Positions 55,122 to 63,599 of a stretch of 64,000 nucleotides of DNA are shown here, one piece after another (within the stretch, counting starts at the first letter, position 1; each line of letters opens with the position of its first letter). Under the pieces are notes generated by a model. That model was not told where the DNA came from, did not search any database, and saw only the letters and a list, made by a program, of their open reading frames with translations. This stretch comes from Acidimicrobium sp. GTDB lineage: Bacteria; Actinomycetota; Acidimicrobiia; Acidimicrobiales; Ilumatobacteraceae. The stretch is from positions 16,891 through 80,890 of the forward strand of contig NSIC01000001.1 in assembly GCA_002737635.1 (NCBI GenBank), written 5' to 3'. Position numbers and translations under genes: made by a program.

Positions 55122-55532
55122 ATGATTGAAGATATGCCTTCAACACCCAAAGACCCCGATGCACTCGTCACTTCATTTTTTGAGTCGATTCAAGGCCATC
55201 ATTTAACTGCTGCTCTCGACATGATGTCGCAAGACTGCGAATACGACAATGTGCCAATTACCAAAGTTTTTGGTCGAGCCGCTATTGAGCAGACTCTCGG
55301 CGGTTTTCTCGCCGAGTGCTCGGCCTACGAATGGATCATCCATCATCAAGTTGCCAGCGGCAACCTCGAGCACGGCGTCGTCATGAACGAACGCACCGAC
55401 AGATTTCAAATCGATGGTCGCTGGGTCGAACTCGATGTGGCTGGGCTGTTTGTCGTCAGCGAGTCAAAAATTGCGCTGTGGCGCGATTACTTTGACCGCG
55501 AGATTTTCGCTAAAGCACTCACCAGCAAGTAA
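55122..55532 (+). CDS. SnoaL/limonene-1,2-epoxide-hydrolase-like NTF2-fold protein
   Basis: 136 aa. The pattern ...FFESIQGHHLTAALDMMSQDCEYDNVP...WRDYFD is typical of LEH/SnoaL-like proteins. Confidence 0.6.
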   Translation: MIEDMPSTPKDPDALVTSFFESIQGHHLTAALDMMSQDCEYDNVPITKVFGRAAIEQTLGGFLAECSAYEWIIHHQVASGNLEHGVVMNERTDRFQIDGRWVELDVAGLFVVSESKIALWRDYFDREIFAKALTSK

Positions 55533-55577
55533 ACCAACAAAAAATCCTCGCAACATCGGTCAGGTAAGTTTCTTTTG

Positions 55578-56168
55578 ATGCAATCGGTTATTGATAATAA
55601 ATCTCTGAACGACATTCGCTTCGCCGTCGTTGACACCGAAACCACGGGCCTATCGGGCACCAACGACTTCGTCTTGCAACTTGGTGTGGTCATTTCACGC
55701 AGTGACGGCACGATTGAAGAACAATACGAGACCTTCGTCAAACGCTTCTTTTGGAAACCTGGTCGACTCGGCGCCTACAAGGTGCACGGCATCAAGCGCT
55801 CAGATCTGCGCCGTGGCATCAGCCCACAAGAAATGGTCGCCACGCTAAAAAATTATTTGCACGACACGATTTTCGTCGCCCACAATGCCAAGTTTGACAT
55901 CGGCTTTCTCAACGGCGAAGCAACGCGCTTAAAAACCGAAATTAATTATAACGGTCCACTCGACACCTTAAAAATGTCTCGAGCGCTCGACCCAAAGCGG
56001 GCCAACTCGCACAGACTCAAAGATGTAACGACTCGCTACGGGGTTGTCGTCACCCGCCCCCACGACGCACTCGCCGACGCACTCGGCACCGCCATGGTGC
56101 TGCCGCACTTGTTGCGTGCGCACAACATCACGACAGTCGAGCAACTCGCAGCGCATTTCGGCGCCTAG
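55578..56168 (+). CDS. DnaQ-like DEDDh 3'-5' exonuclease
   Basis: ExoI FAVVDTETTGLS, ExoII FVAHNAKFDIGFL, ExoIII HDALADA. ATG 55578 (a TTG at 55575 is also possible). Confidence 0.85.
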   Translation: MQSVIDNKSLNDIRFAVVDTETTGLSGTNDFVLQLGVVISRSDGTIEEQYETFVKRFFWKPGRLGAYKVHGIKRSDLRRGISPQEMVATLKNYLHDTIFVAHNAKFDIGFLNGEATRLKTEINYNGPLDTLKMSRALDPKRANSHRLKDVTTRYGVVVTRPHDALADALGTAMVLPHLLRAHNITTVEQLAAHFGA

Positions 56169-56187
56169 AAACTGGCTAGCTAATCAA

Positions 56188-56211
56188 CTAGTCAGCTAGT
56201 CAGCTAGTCAG
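56188..56211. repeat. 8-bp tandem repeat CTAGTCAG x3
   Basis: It lies between the convergent exonuclease (stop 56166..56168) and the pafC-like gene; the last copy contains the pafC-like stop (56208..56210). Stops occur in all three frames on both strands. Confidence 0.85.
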
Positions 56212-57308
56212 CTGGCGGTTGTTTGATATCGCGCCAAAACGCTCTGCGCGGTTTGGCTTGCCAGCGGTTTGTGCTCGGCTGGCTTCACGACCTTTACACC
56301 GTTGCCGGCGCGCAATAACAGTCTCCCCAGCCAATGCTTCGAAGTGATCGACATAGTCAGGTCGACGCTGCCATCTTTGTTGTCAACTCGCGACACATAT
56401 GGATACGACTCAACAATCCACCGGGCCTGCTTTCGCACACGCAATGTGACTTGTTGCAGACTCTCAGAAAACCACGGAAGTTCATCGTCGCGAACTTCGC
56501 GCAATTGATCAAAAATCTGCACACCTGCAATTTTTTCGATGCGATCAACTCGAAACACCCGATCTTCGCCCGATAAATGATCGTCGGCAGCTACATACCA
56601 ACGACCCGAGTCTTCAAAAACCTTTCGCGGCGTGACAGTTCGTGTCGTGCGCTTCAGCGATGCCGGCGAAAAATATTCGATCTCTTGACGTTCGCCAGTT
56701 TCGACAGCCACCAACAACTCTTTGACATACCGAGTCTTGGGCAACTGAACTTTTATCGTTTCTGCACCTGCGGGCATTAGTGGTGAGAGTTTTGCCAACG
56801 CCGAAGCCAACGGGCCCTTCTTATTTGCGCCTGGCAACTGCATCGCCGTCTGGGCCATCACCGATACGGCAAACAATTCTGCCGTGCTCAATTTGAGTGG
56901 CCTCGAGAACACGAGAGGCACTTCGGCGATAACCATTCCGTCGTCCATATATACGTCAATCAAAGCGTCCGGCGTATACGGCGGCACGCCACAAACCGCG
57001 GCCATCTGCAAGTCTTCGACCAGTTCGGCCTCGCTCAAGTTGAACTGCCGAGCCATCGTCGAAATCTTGACTCGTTGTCGTTGCATAATCCACGGCAACA
57101 TCACCAACAAACCGCTGACTCGTTGCGCCGCACTTCGCGGACCACGTCGGGCAGGTCGAGTCGACTGCGCCGACCGTGTTGAATTTGCCGCCGACTTTTT
57201 CGCCGGCTTGGTCGTCTGTTTCTTTGTGACGCTCTTTTTTGTGACGCTCTTCTTCGCGACAGTTTTCTTCGCGACAGTTTTCTTCGCCATGCGTTTTTTT
57301 GCAGCCAT
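56208..57308 (-). CDS. pafC: PafC-like HTH/WYL-domain transcriptional regulator with a Lys-rich N-terminal extension
   Basis: The core is colinear with Mtb PafC (LLVMLPWIMQRQRVKISTMARQFNLSEAELVEDLQMAAVCGVPPYTPDALIDV; WYL-type GRWYVAADDHLSGEDRVFRVDRI). ATG 57308 shares one base with the pafB-like stop (TGATG). The first ~60 aa are AKK-type repeats. Confidence 0.75.
   Translation of the reverse strand: MAAKKRMAKKTVAKKTVAKKSVTKKSVTKKQTTKPAKKSAANSTRSAQSTRPARRGPRSAAQRVSGLLVMLPWIMQRQRVKISTMARQFNLSEAELVEDLQMAAVCGVPPYTPDALIDVYMDDGMVIAEVPLVFSRPLKLSTAELFAVSVMAQTAMQLPGANKKGPLASALAKLSPLMPAGAETIKVQLPKTRYVKELLVAVETGERQEIEYFSPASLKRTTRTVTPRKVFEDSGRWYVAADDHLSGEDRVFRVDRIEKIAGVQIFDQLREVRDDELPWFSESLQQVTLRVRKQARWIVESYPYVSRVDNKDGSVDLTMSITSKHWLGRLLLRAGNGVKVVKPAEHKPLASQTAQSVLARYQTTAS
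57226..57285. repeat. Four tandem 15-bp units (two near-identical pairs) inside the pafC-like 5' coding region
   Basis: GTGACGCTCTTTTTT / GTGACGCTCTTCTTC / GCGACAGTTTTCTTC x2. They encode (KKTVA)x2 (KKSVT)x2 on the minus strand. Confidence 0.85.
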
Positions 57309-58273
57309 CACTTGCCTGCCGCGAGATTTTCTAGCCACTGCACAACTTGGTCACGCACCGATTGCGGCTCTAGAACTTCGGCACTTTCAACCATCGCAAA
57401 CAACCACAGCCTGAATCCGTCGAGATTGGCACACGGTATCGAAAACTCGACGCTTCCGTCATCGCGATCACGAATCACCGAACTTTCACCGAACTCGCGC
57501 CGCACCCCTGGGGCCAACGAAGCGTCAACAAGCACGACTGCCATCGTCACCTCACCGTCACCCGCAGCCAACATTTGTTTTTCGGTTGGCACAGCCGCCG
57601 CTACATCGAAATCGACCGGAGTTTTAAACGCGCGCGCCTCGCCTGCAACGACCGAGCCCTCAATTCGATCGACGCGAAAAACTCTCTTGTCTCGGCGCAG
57701 GTGATCAAAGCCGATGATGTACCAAAAGCCATTTCGCGAGAGCATGCCATAAGGGTCGACCTGTCGCTTCTCGCCTTTGTAATCAAAGTTCAGCGTCTTG
57801 CGTTTCATCACCGCATCGGTAATCGTGCCCATGTTTTGGTCGACCAAACCAATGTTCACGCTCATCGATGCTTTGCCCAAAATTCTTTCACCACCAAGTT
57901 TCCACAACGCTTCTTCGCCGTGTTGCGCACCCAGGTGAACGGTTGCAACCGCCAATTGCAATGCCGCACGCTCTTCATCGGTCAATCTCAAATCGCTAAG
58001 TTCATAATTTGAGCGGTTGACCCAATAGGTCACTTCGCCGGCCGCGTCTCCGCCGAGAGTTTTTGTCTCAATCGGAATACCCATTTCGCGCAACGCCGCT
58101 TTATCGCGTTCAAACGCGGCACGGGCCGCTTCATCACTATCTGGATATTGTTTGCCCAACTCTTGGCGCACTTGTCGCAAAGTCAAGGGCTTGGCGCGGT
58201 CGACGAGCAATGCCAACAGATTCATCATCCGTTCTGCTTGCGAAATTTTGACAGCTTTAAAACCAGTAGGCAT
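57308..58273 (-). CDS. pafB: PafB-like HTH/WYL-domain transcriptional regulator
   Basis: ISQAERMMNLLALLVDRAKPLTLRQV...FERDKAALREMGIPIE... and WYL-type NGFWYIIGFDHLRRDKRVFRVDRI are colinear with Mtb PafB. ATG 58273 lies 6 nt after a TACGCT hexamer (leaderless-type layout). The track start at 58312 adds 13 residues. Confidence 0.75.
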   Translation of the reverse strand: MPTGFKAVKISQAERMMNLLALLVDRAKPLTLRQVRQELGKQYPDSDEAARAAFERDKAALREMGIPIETKTLGGDAAGEVTYWVNRSNYELSDLRLTDEERAALQLAVATVHLGAQHGEEALWKLGGERILGKASMSVNIGLVDQNMGTITDAVMKRKTLNFDYKGEKRQVDPYGMLSRNGFWYIIGFDHLRRDKRVFRVDRIEGSVVAGEARAFKTPVDFDVAAAVPTEKQMLAAGDGEVTMAVVLVDASLAPGVRREFGESSVIRDRDDGSVEFSIPCANLDGFRLWLFAMVESAEVLEPQSVRDQVVQWLENLAAGK

Positions 58274-58371
58274 ATCAACAGCGTAGGCGCAGAGACTTGA
58301 CCCACCAAGCAACTGACCCTTAATCGAACTAGCCGTGACTAGCTGTTATTAGTTTTTGTTACTCGTTGATA

Positions 58372-59979
58372 CTAGTTTTTTCGTCGCAACTGGCGATACT
58401 TGGCAATCAGGCTTTTGGTCGAAGAGTCATTAACTGCCGTCTCACCTTGAGTTATCTGATTATTGATTTCAACTGACAAAGTTTTGCCCAATTCAACACC
58501 CCATTGATCGAAACTATTTATCTGGGCGATCACACCGTGCACGAATACTCGGTGCTCATACATCGCGATCAAAGCACCGAGCGTTCTCGGGGTCAACGAT
58601 TTTGCCAGCAACGTCGTCGACGGCCGATTGCCCGTCATCTCGCGGTGCGGCCCGATCACAGAATCTTTTGTGGCGTGTTGAGCATCGCCAAACGCCAACG
58701 CCTTGGCTTGGGCAAACATGTTCGCCATTAGCGCGTCGTGTGATTCAGCATCGACATTTGCCAATTGTGCAAAGCCAATGAATTCAGCGGGCACGATCTG
58801 CGTACCTTGATGCAACATCTGCATGAATGCATGCTGCGAGTTCGTGCCGACGCCACCCCAAACAACCGGCGAAGTTGCGACATCTGTCGGCTTGCCGTCT
58901 TGACGCACCGATTTGCCGTTGCTTTCCATTATCAGCTGCTGCAAATAATTTGGCAATAGGCGCAATGCCGATGCATATGGCAAAATCGCCTGACTCGAAA
59001 ATCGACCCGTGCCAAAGTTGAATACATCGATCAAACCCAAAATCAGCGTGGTGTTGTTTTCGAGATCGACATTTTGCATCTGGTCGTCAACACTTCGCAT
59101 GCCGGCCAAAAAATCCGAAAATGCATCAAATCCAAACGCGATGATCGGTGCCAAGCTCGTCGCTGATGCAATCGAATATCTGCCTCCAACCCACGGCCAA
59201 ATCTGAAACGCATTCGCCGCGTTCACGCCAGCGACTCGAGCCTGCGCATTGTTTGCCGAAACCACAACGAAATGCTCGGCAACTACTTCGCTTTCAACAG
59301 AGACGCCCAGACCCTTGGCCAGCCATTGTCTTGCAATTCGGGCGTTCGCCAAAGTTTCGGCAGTCTTAAACGATTTCGAACAAACGACAAACATCGTCTC
59401 TTGTGGTCGGCATTTTGCCAAAATTGAATTAATTTCGGTCGAATCAATATTGCTGACAAACAAGCACTCAATTTCTGTTTTATGGCTCGCACTTAGAGCG
59501 TCATAAATTAATGCCGGCCCAAGGTCGCTACCGCCGATGCCGATATTGACAATTTTTTTGAACTTTTTGTCGCGACATACTTTTTCGGCAAAAATTCGAA
59601 TCTTTTCGAGTTCTTGATGCACCTTCTTGACGATGTCTTGGCCGTCCAGTTCAATGTTCGCTGTTTGCGCCGTACGCAATGCAGTGTGCAGCGCAGGTTG
59701 ATTTTCGGTAAAGTTAACTATTGCGCCACTGCGCATTTCGGCGAACTTTTCGACTACTCGCGCTTGCCTGGCGAGGGCCAACAAATTTTTAAGTGCCTGC
59801 TCGTCGATTATCTGCTTAGAGAAGTCGACGACTATCTCAGACTCGCCATCACTCAGAGCCTGAGTCATGTTCTGCGCTCGTAGATCATCGCGATCGAACA
59901 GATCTCTCAAAGAGGCACTTCTATTGCGTTCAGAGTCGGCCACAACTTGCTGCCACAACTTAGAAACGTCTTCAGCCAT
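58372..59979 (-). CDS. pgi: Glucose-6-phosphate isomerase
   Basis: 535 aa. PGI blocks are present: IGIGGSDLGP, VSKSFKTAETL, GGRYS, ESNGKSV, and the C-terminal QWGVELGK. Confidence 0.95.
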   Translation of the reverse strand: MAEDVSKLWQQVVADSERNRSASLRDLFDRDDLRAQNMTQALSDGESEIVVDFSKQIIDEQALKNLLALARQARVVEKFAEMRSGAIVNFTENQPALHTALRTAQTANIELDGQDIVKKVHQELEKIRIFAEKVCRDKKFKKIVNIGIGGSDLGPALIYDALSASHKTEIECLFVSNIDSTEINSILAKCRPQETMFVVCSKSFKTAETLANARIARQWLAKGLGVSVESEVVAEHFVVVSANNAQARVAGVNAANAFQIWPWVGGRYSIASATSLAPIIAFGFDAFSDFLAGMRSVDDQMQNVDLENNTTLILGLIDVFNFGTGRFSSQAILPYASALRLLPNYLQQLIMESNGKSVRQDGKPTDVATSPVVWGGVGTNSQHAFMQMLHQGTQIVPAEFIGFAQLANVDAESHDALMANMFAQAKALAFGDAQHATKDSVIGPHREMTGNRPSTTLLAKSLTPRTLGALIAMYEHRVFVHGVIAQINSFDQWGVELGKTLSVEINNQITQGETAVNDSSTKSLIAKYRQLRRKN

Positions 59980-60011
59980 TGATTAAAGGCTACTGACTAG
60001 GGTGAATAGCC

Positions 60012-60899
60012 GTGTCTCAACCATCTGAACGCTCGGGCGTCGCGTACGCACTGGGCGCTTACATCACATGGGGATTTCTCACGATTTATTGGAAGTTTTT
60101 AAAAGATTTCAATGCCTTCGAACTCATCGGTTGGCGAATCGTCACATCGGTGATTGTTTTGCTGGCAATTTTGATTTACAACAAACAACTTCGCAACTTA
60201 ATCGGCGCGTTCCGCGACAAGCGCGTTCGCAAAATAATTGGTGTTGCCAGCATCATGCTTTCAATCAACTGGACAACCTATGTCTGGGCAGTTGTCCACG
60301 ATCGCATTCTTGAAACGGCGCTTGGCTATTTCATCTCACCAATCTTTACGATGCTGATTGGCTTCATCGTGTTACGTGAGCCAATTCGCATTGCGCATCG
60401 ACTTACCATCCTCTTCGCGACTTTTGCGATTGCGATCTTGACATATTCATACGGTCAGCCTCCGTGGCGAGCGTTGTTGATTGCCGGGTCTTGGAGCATC
60501 TATGGATACCTAAAAAAGCAGGTGCCGTTGACCAGCCTTGAAAGTTTGTCAGGTGAAGTTGTCGCTCTAATTTTGCCCGCCTGTGTTTTGGTTGCAATCA
60601 CTTTTGATCGCCCCGACTCGGTAGCCAACATCGCCACAAGTGTCGAATGGTTTTTGGTCTTGTTCACCGGTCTGATGACGGCGATTCCGTTGCTTATGTT
60701 TGGTGTCGCATCACGCCGTGTGCGACTCAGCGTGCTCGGGCCAATGCAATATCTAGTGCCGACATTCAACTTTCTGCTCGGTTGGTTGGTCTACAACGAA
60801 GAACTCAACCCGCTTCGAGTAGTCGGTTTTGCATTCGTCTGGGTCGGTCTGGCAATCTTCTTTGTCGACGCATTCAAGTCGTCGAAAACTACCAACTAA
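60012..60899 (+). CDS. rarD: EamA/RarD-family transporter
   Basis: 295 aa with ten TM helices. The N-terminus GVAYALGAYITWGFLTIYWK is typical of RarD. Confidence 0.78.
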   Translation: MSQPSERSGVAYALGAYITWGFLTIYWKFLKDFNAFELIGWRIVTSVIVLLAILIYNKQLRNLIGAFRDKRVRKIIGVASIMLSINWTTYVWAVVHDRILETALGYFISPIFTMLIGFIVLREPIRIAHRLTILFATFAIAILTYSYGQPPWRALLIAGSWSIYGYLKKQVPLTSLESLSGEVVALILPACVLVAITFDRPDSVANIATSVEWFLVLFTGLMTAIPLLMFGVASRRVRLSVLGPMQYLVPTFNFLLGWLVYNEELNPLRVVGFAFVWVGLAIFFVDAFKSSKTTN

Positions 60900-61522
60900 A
60901 CAGAAGCCGAAACTTTAAACGCCGCTCCTGCGAGCAACAGCTTCATCGACTTGATCAATTCGGCTGTGCGCTTGGCATCGCGATAGACCATGTTAAATCG
61001 CGCCAATCCCGCCAACACGACCATCAGCATGTCTTCAAGCGACCGTGCAGAAATTTCTGGGTTGACCTCGCCACGCTCAACGGCACACTCAGACAAAGTC
61101 AGCAAGATTCTGCCAATTTGTCCACCAATTGGCAGCACGGCTTTCATCAATTCAGGATGACGATGCGCTTCGGCAGAAACGCTCAGCACGAAAGAAACCA
61201 CCGCCGGTTCACGCCGTGTCAAAGCCGCCAATGCATCAACCATGCTCGAAATATTTTCGATGACATCTCTATCGGCGCTGACCGAATCTTCAATCGTCTT
61301 GCACACCAGCTTTTGTACATCCATAAAAACGGCCACATACATGTCGACCTTTGACGGAAAGTAGTGGTAAATCGCCGCAGTCGTGATGCCAGCCGACTTG
61401 GCCAGACACTTATTTGTTGTGGCGTCAAAACCCTCGGTCGCGAAGCTTCTTCGCGCTTCAACCAACAACCGATTGCGGGTGTCAGCGCCTTCGCAACGGA
61501 TTGGACGACCTAATTTCGACAT
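60896..61522 (-). CDS. TetR/AcrR-family transcriptional regulator
   Basis: N-terminal HTH RNRLLVEARRSFATEGFDATTNKCLAKSAGITTAAIYHYFPSK. Confidence 0.85.
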   Translation of the reverse strand: MSKLGRPIRCEGADTRNRLLVEARRSFATEGFDATTNKCLAKSAGITTAAIYHYFPSKVDMYVAVFMDVQKLVCKTIEDSVSADRDVIENISSMVDALAALTRREPAVVSFVLSVSAEAHRHPELMKAVLPIGGQIGRILLTLSECAVERGEVNPEISARSLEDMLMVVLAGLARFNMVYRDAKRTAELIKSMKLLLAGAAFKVSASV

Positions 61523-61539
61523 GTAACAACGATACGCCT

Positions 61540-62439
61540 TTAACTTCGTAAAATCCGAGTCAGAGCCGTCGCCAATTCAACTGGTCGATCGCCCTGCACC
61601 GAATGGCCGGCGCCATCTACAACTAAAACTTCAGCATCAGGCTTGCGTCGCTTCAGTTCGGCAACATCGGCGTCGTCAACTACCGGCGAAATACCTCCAC
61701 GAATAAGAGTCATTGTAGGCTTCAGATTTTCAATCACCGTCCACAGTTCTGCAATTCGATCAAGTCGCTTGGCCGAATCTTCTTTCGACGGATGCGTCGA
61801 CCGATCGTACCGCCACTGCCACGAGCCATCGTCAAGTTGTTTGGCGTTGTGTAATATTCCGCGACGTAACGAGCTTTCGCTACGTGTCGGGTTGTGCTCG
61901 ATCGTCCGCTTCAGCAACTCTTCAAAACTGGCAAAAGTTTGTGGTCCGTTGACGAAATCAGTTATCGCTTTAGATTTTTCAGAGTTGACACCTGGGGTGA
62001 TGTCTACAACGACTATCTGCGAAGCCAGATCAGGCCGCATGCCAGCCAACGCAACGGTGGTTAATCCACCAAGCGACATGCCCACGATCAGTTTTGCTTT
62101 CGGTGCCAAAGTCTCAATCGCCGCTGCGACATCACGCGCCAAGATACCCGGTTCATAATTGCCGTCTTTGCGCCACGAAGAGTGACCGTGACCTGGCATG
62201 TCAATCGCGATCGCCGAGATGCCCATCGCCAAAATTACCGTGTCCCAAGTGTGAGCGTTTTGTGCACTACCGTGCACGAACAAGATTTCTGGCTCACCCA
62301 CACCCCACTTGAGTGCGCTTAGCGTGCGGCCGTCAGCGAGTTGCATCGCATGTCTCGACACACTAGGCAGTTTTGCGACATTCAACCCATATTCAGAAAT
62401 GTTCTCGCCGAACATTGAGAACTCGTCGTAAGGCATCAC
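61540..62439 (-). CDS. Alpha/beta-fold hydrolase
   Basis: HG oxyanion motif (ILFVHGSAQNAHTWD), nucleophile elbow GMSLGG, and a C-terminal GAGHSVQ His motif. Confidence 0.8.
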   Translation of the reverse strand: MMPYDEFSMFGENISEYGLNVAKLPSVSRHAMQLADGRTLSALKWGVGEPEILFVHGSAQNAHTWDTVILAMGISAIAIDMPGHGHSSWRKDGNYEPGILARDVAAAIETLAPKAKLIVGMSLGGLTTVALAGMRPDLASQIVVVDITPGVNSEKSKAITDFVNGPQTFASFEELLKRTIEHNPTRSESSLRRGILHNAKQLDDGSWQWRYDRSTHPSKEDSAKRLDRIAELWTVIENLKPTMTLIRGGISPVVDDADVAELKRRKPDAEVLVVDGAGHSVQGDRPVELATALTRILRS

Positions 62440-63569
62440 GGTGTGCTCGTGGTTGTCGTGACTGTATTCGTTGTGGTGGATGCAATCGTTGTAGTAGTCA
62501 CGGAACCAACAGTAGTTACGGTTGGCATTGTTGTCGCTGTCACAGCAGTTGTCGGCACGGTCGTCGGCACGGTCGTCGGCAAACTAGTTGAAGCGGCAAT
62601 CGTCGTATAGTTCGGGTCTGGCTTATCAAAAGGCGGAATCGGCGAACCGTATTCTTCTGGTTCTTTAATACCGTCGAATACATAAACACGGTCGCCATAG
62701 GCCACAAGCGCCGGAAAGTATCTCGCAACAGACATTGGTATGCGCACGCAACCATGTGACGCTGGCTTCAATGGCACGAGAATCGCGCCGTGCACGGCGA
62801 TGTTGTAGTTGAAATACACAGGGTTGTAAAGCGAGCCGAGTTTTGTCTCACGCATTCCGGTGCGACGGTTGTAGAAATAAAAAATACCTGCGGGCGTCAC
62901 CGCTTCACCACAAATGCCAATGCTGATTTGTTCTTCGGTCTTGTTGCCTTCTTCACCTGGGTCAATCTTTACTTCTTCACACCATGGCACACCAGTGCCG
63001 CTCGAAATGTGGGTGACCAAAACTGGTTCTTCTTTTTTAAATACGATCAAAACCTGCTCGGGCAGATAAATCTCGACGTGGCTCGGCGAATCAGCAAAGC
63101 GCCTCGGCTTGATTATCAAATTCGACTGCATGATTGCCCAAGTCGAAGGTGTGACTACGCCAGTTGCACGCTCGCGCGGAACGCTCATTACAAGTTTTTC
63201 AAACGCCCACATTGCCTGCACCGTATTTTGGCCAAACTCACCGTCAACTGGACCTGGATCAAAACGTAAATCTTTTAGCCGTTGTTGCACCCGCAAAACA
63301 TCGTCACCCTTCATTCCGAGTTCAAGCGTGCGCCCAAGTGGCACAGTTATCAGTGGCACCGAACTGGTGTCGACAACCACATCCGGGTTCGAATTTTCGC
63401 TCGCCAAATCTTCTGACGAACCAGACAGCACGCCAATCGCTACTACCGTCACCAAGATGGCAAGCGCGATCAGCGCAAAACGCCAACGGTCAAGCACCGA
63501 AGCGATTCGTGGCAATGTGTCTGGCTCAATGCCCCCAAACTCATCTGGAAAGTCACCAGGAAAATTCAT
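62436..63569 (-). CDS. L,D-transpeptidase (YkuD) with a PG-binding domain and a Thr-rich C-terminal tail
   Basis: TM anchor, PG_binding_1-like GDDVLRVQQRLKDLRFDPGPVDGEFGQNTVQAMWAFEK, and the YkuD catalytic HGCVRIP. The last ~55 aa are Thr/Val/Pro-rich. Confidence 0.85.
   Translation of the reverse strand: MNFPGDFPDEFGGIEPDTLPRIASVLDRWRFALIALAILVTVVAIGVLSGSSEDLASENSNPDVVVDTSSVPLITVPLGRTLELGMKGDDVLRVQQRLKDLRFDPGPVDGEFGQNTVQAMWAFEKLVMSVPRERATGVVTPSTWAIMQSNLIIKPRRFADSPSHVEIYLPEQVLIVFKKEEPVLVTHISSGTGVPWCEEVKIDPGEEGNKTEEQISIGICGEAVTPAGIFYFYNRRTGMRETKLGSLYNPVYFNYNIAVHGAILVPLKPASHGCVRIPMSVARYFPALVAYGDRVYVFDGIKEPEEYGSPIPPFDKPDPNYTTIAASTSLPTTVPTTVPTTAVTATTMPTVTTVGSVTTTTIASTTTNTVTTTTSTP
62551..62580. 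repeat. 12-bp tandem repeat GTCGGCACGGTC x2.5 in the Ldt tail coding region
   Basis: It encodes the PTTV repeats of the Thr-rich tail. Confidence 0.8.
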
Positions 63570-63599
63570 CTACGGCTACTTGGCACTTGCTACTTGACG

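Noticed and set aside
52201-56211. Short tandem repeats as a possible CRISPR array or minisatellite locus
   Set aside because: The units are 8-12 bp with no spacers and only 2-3 copies, at three separate sites. No cas genes are present, so these are not CRISPR.
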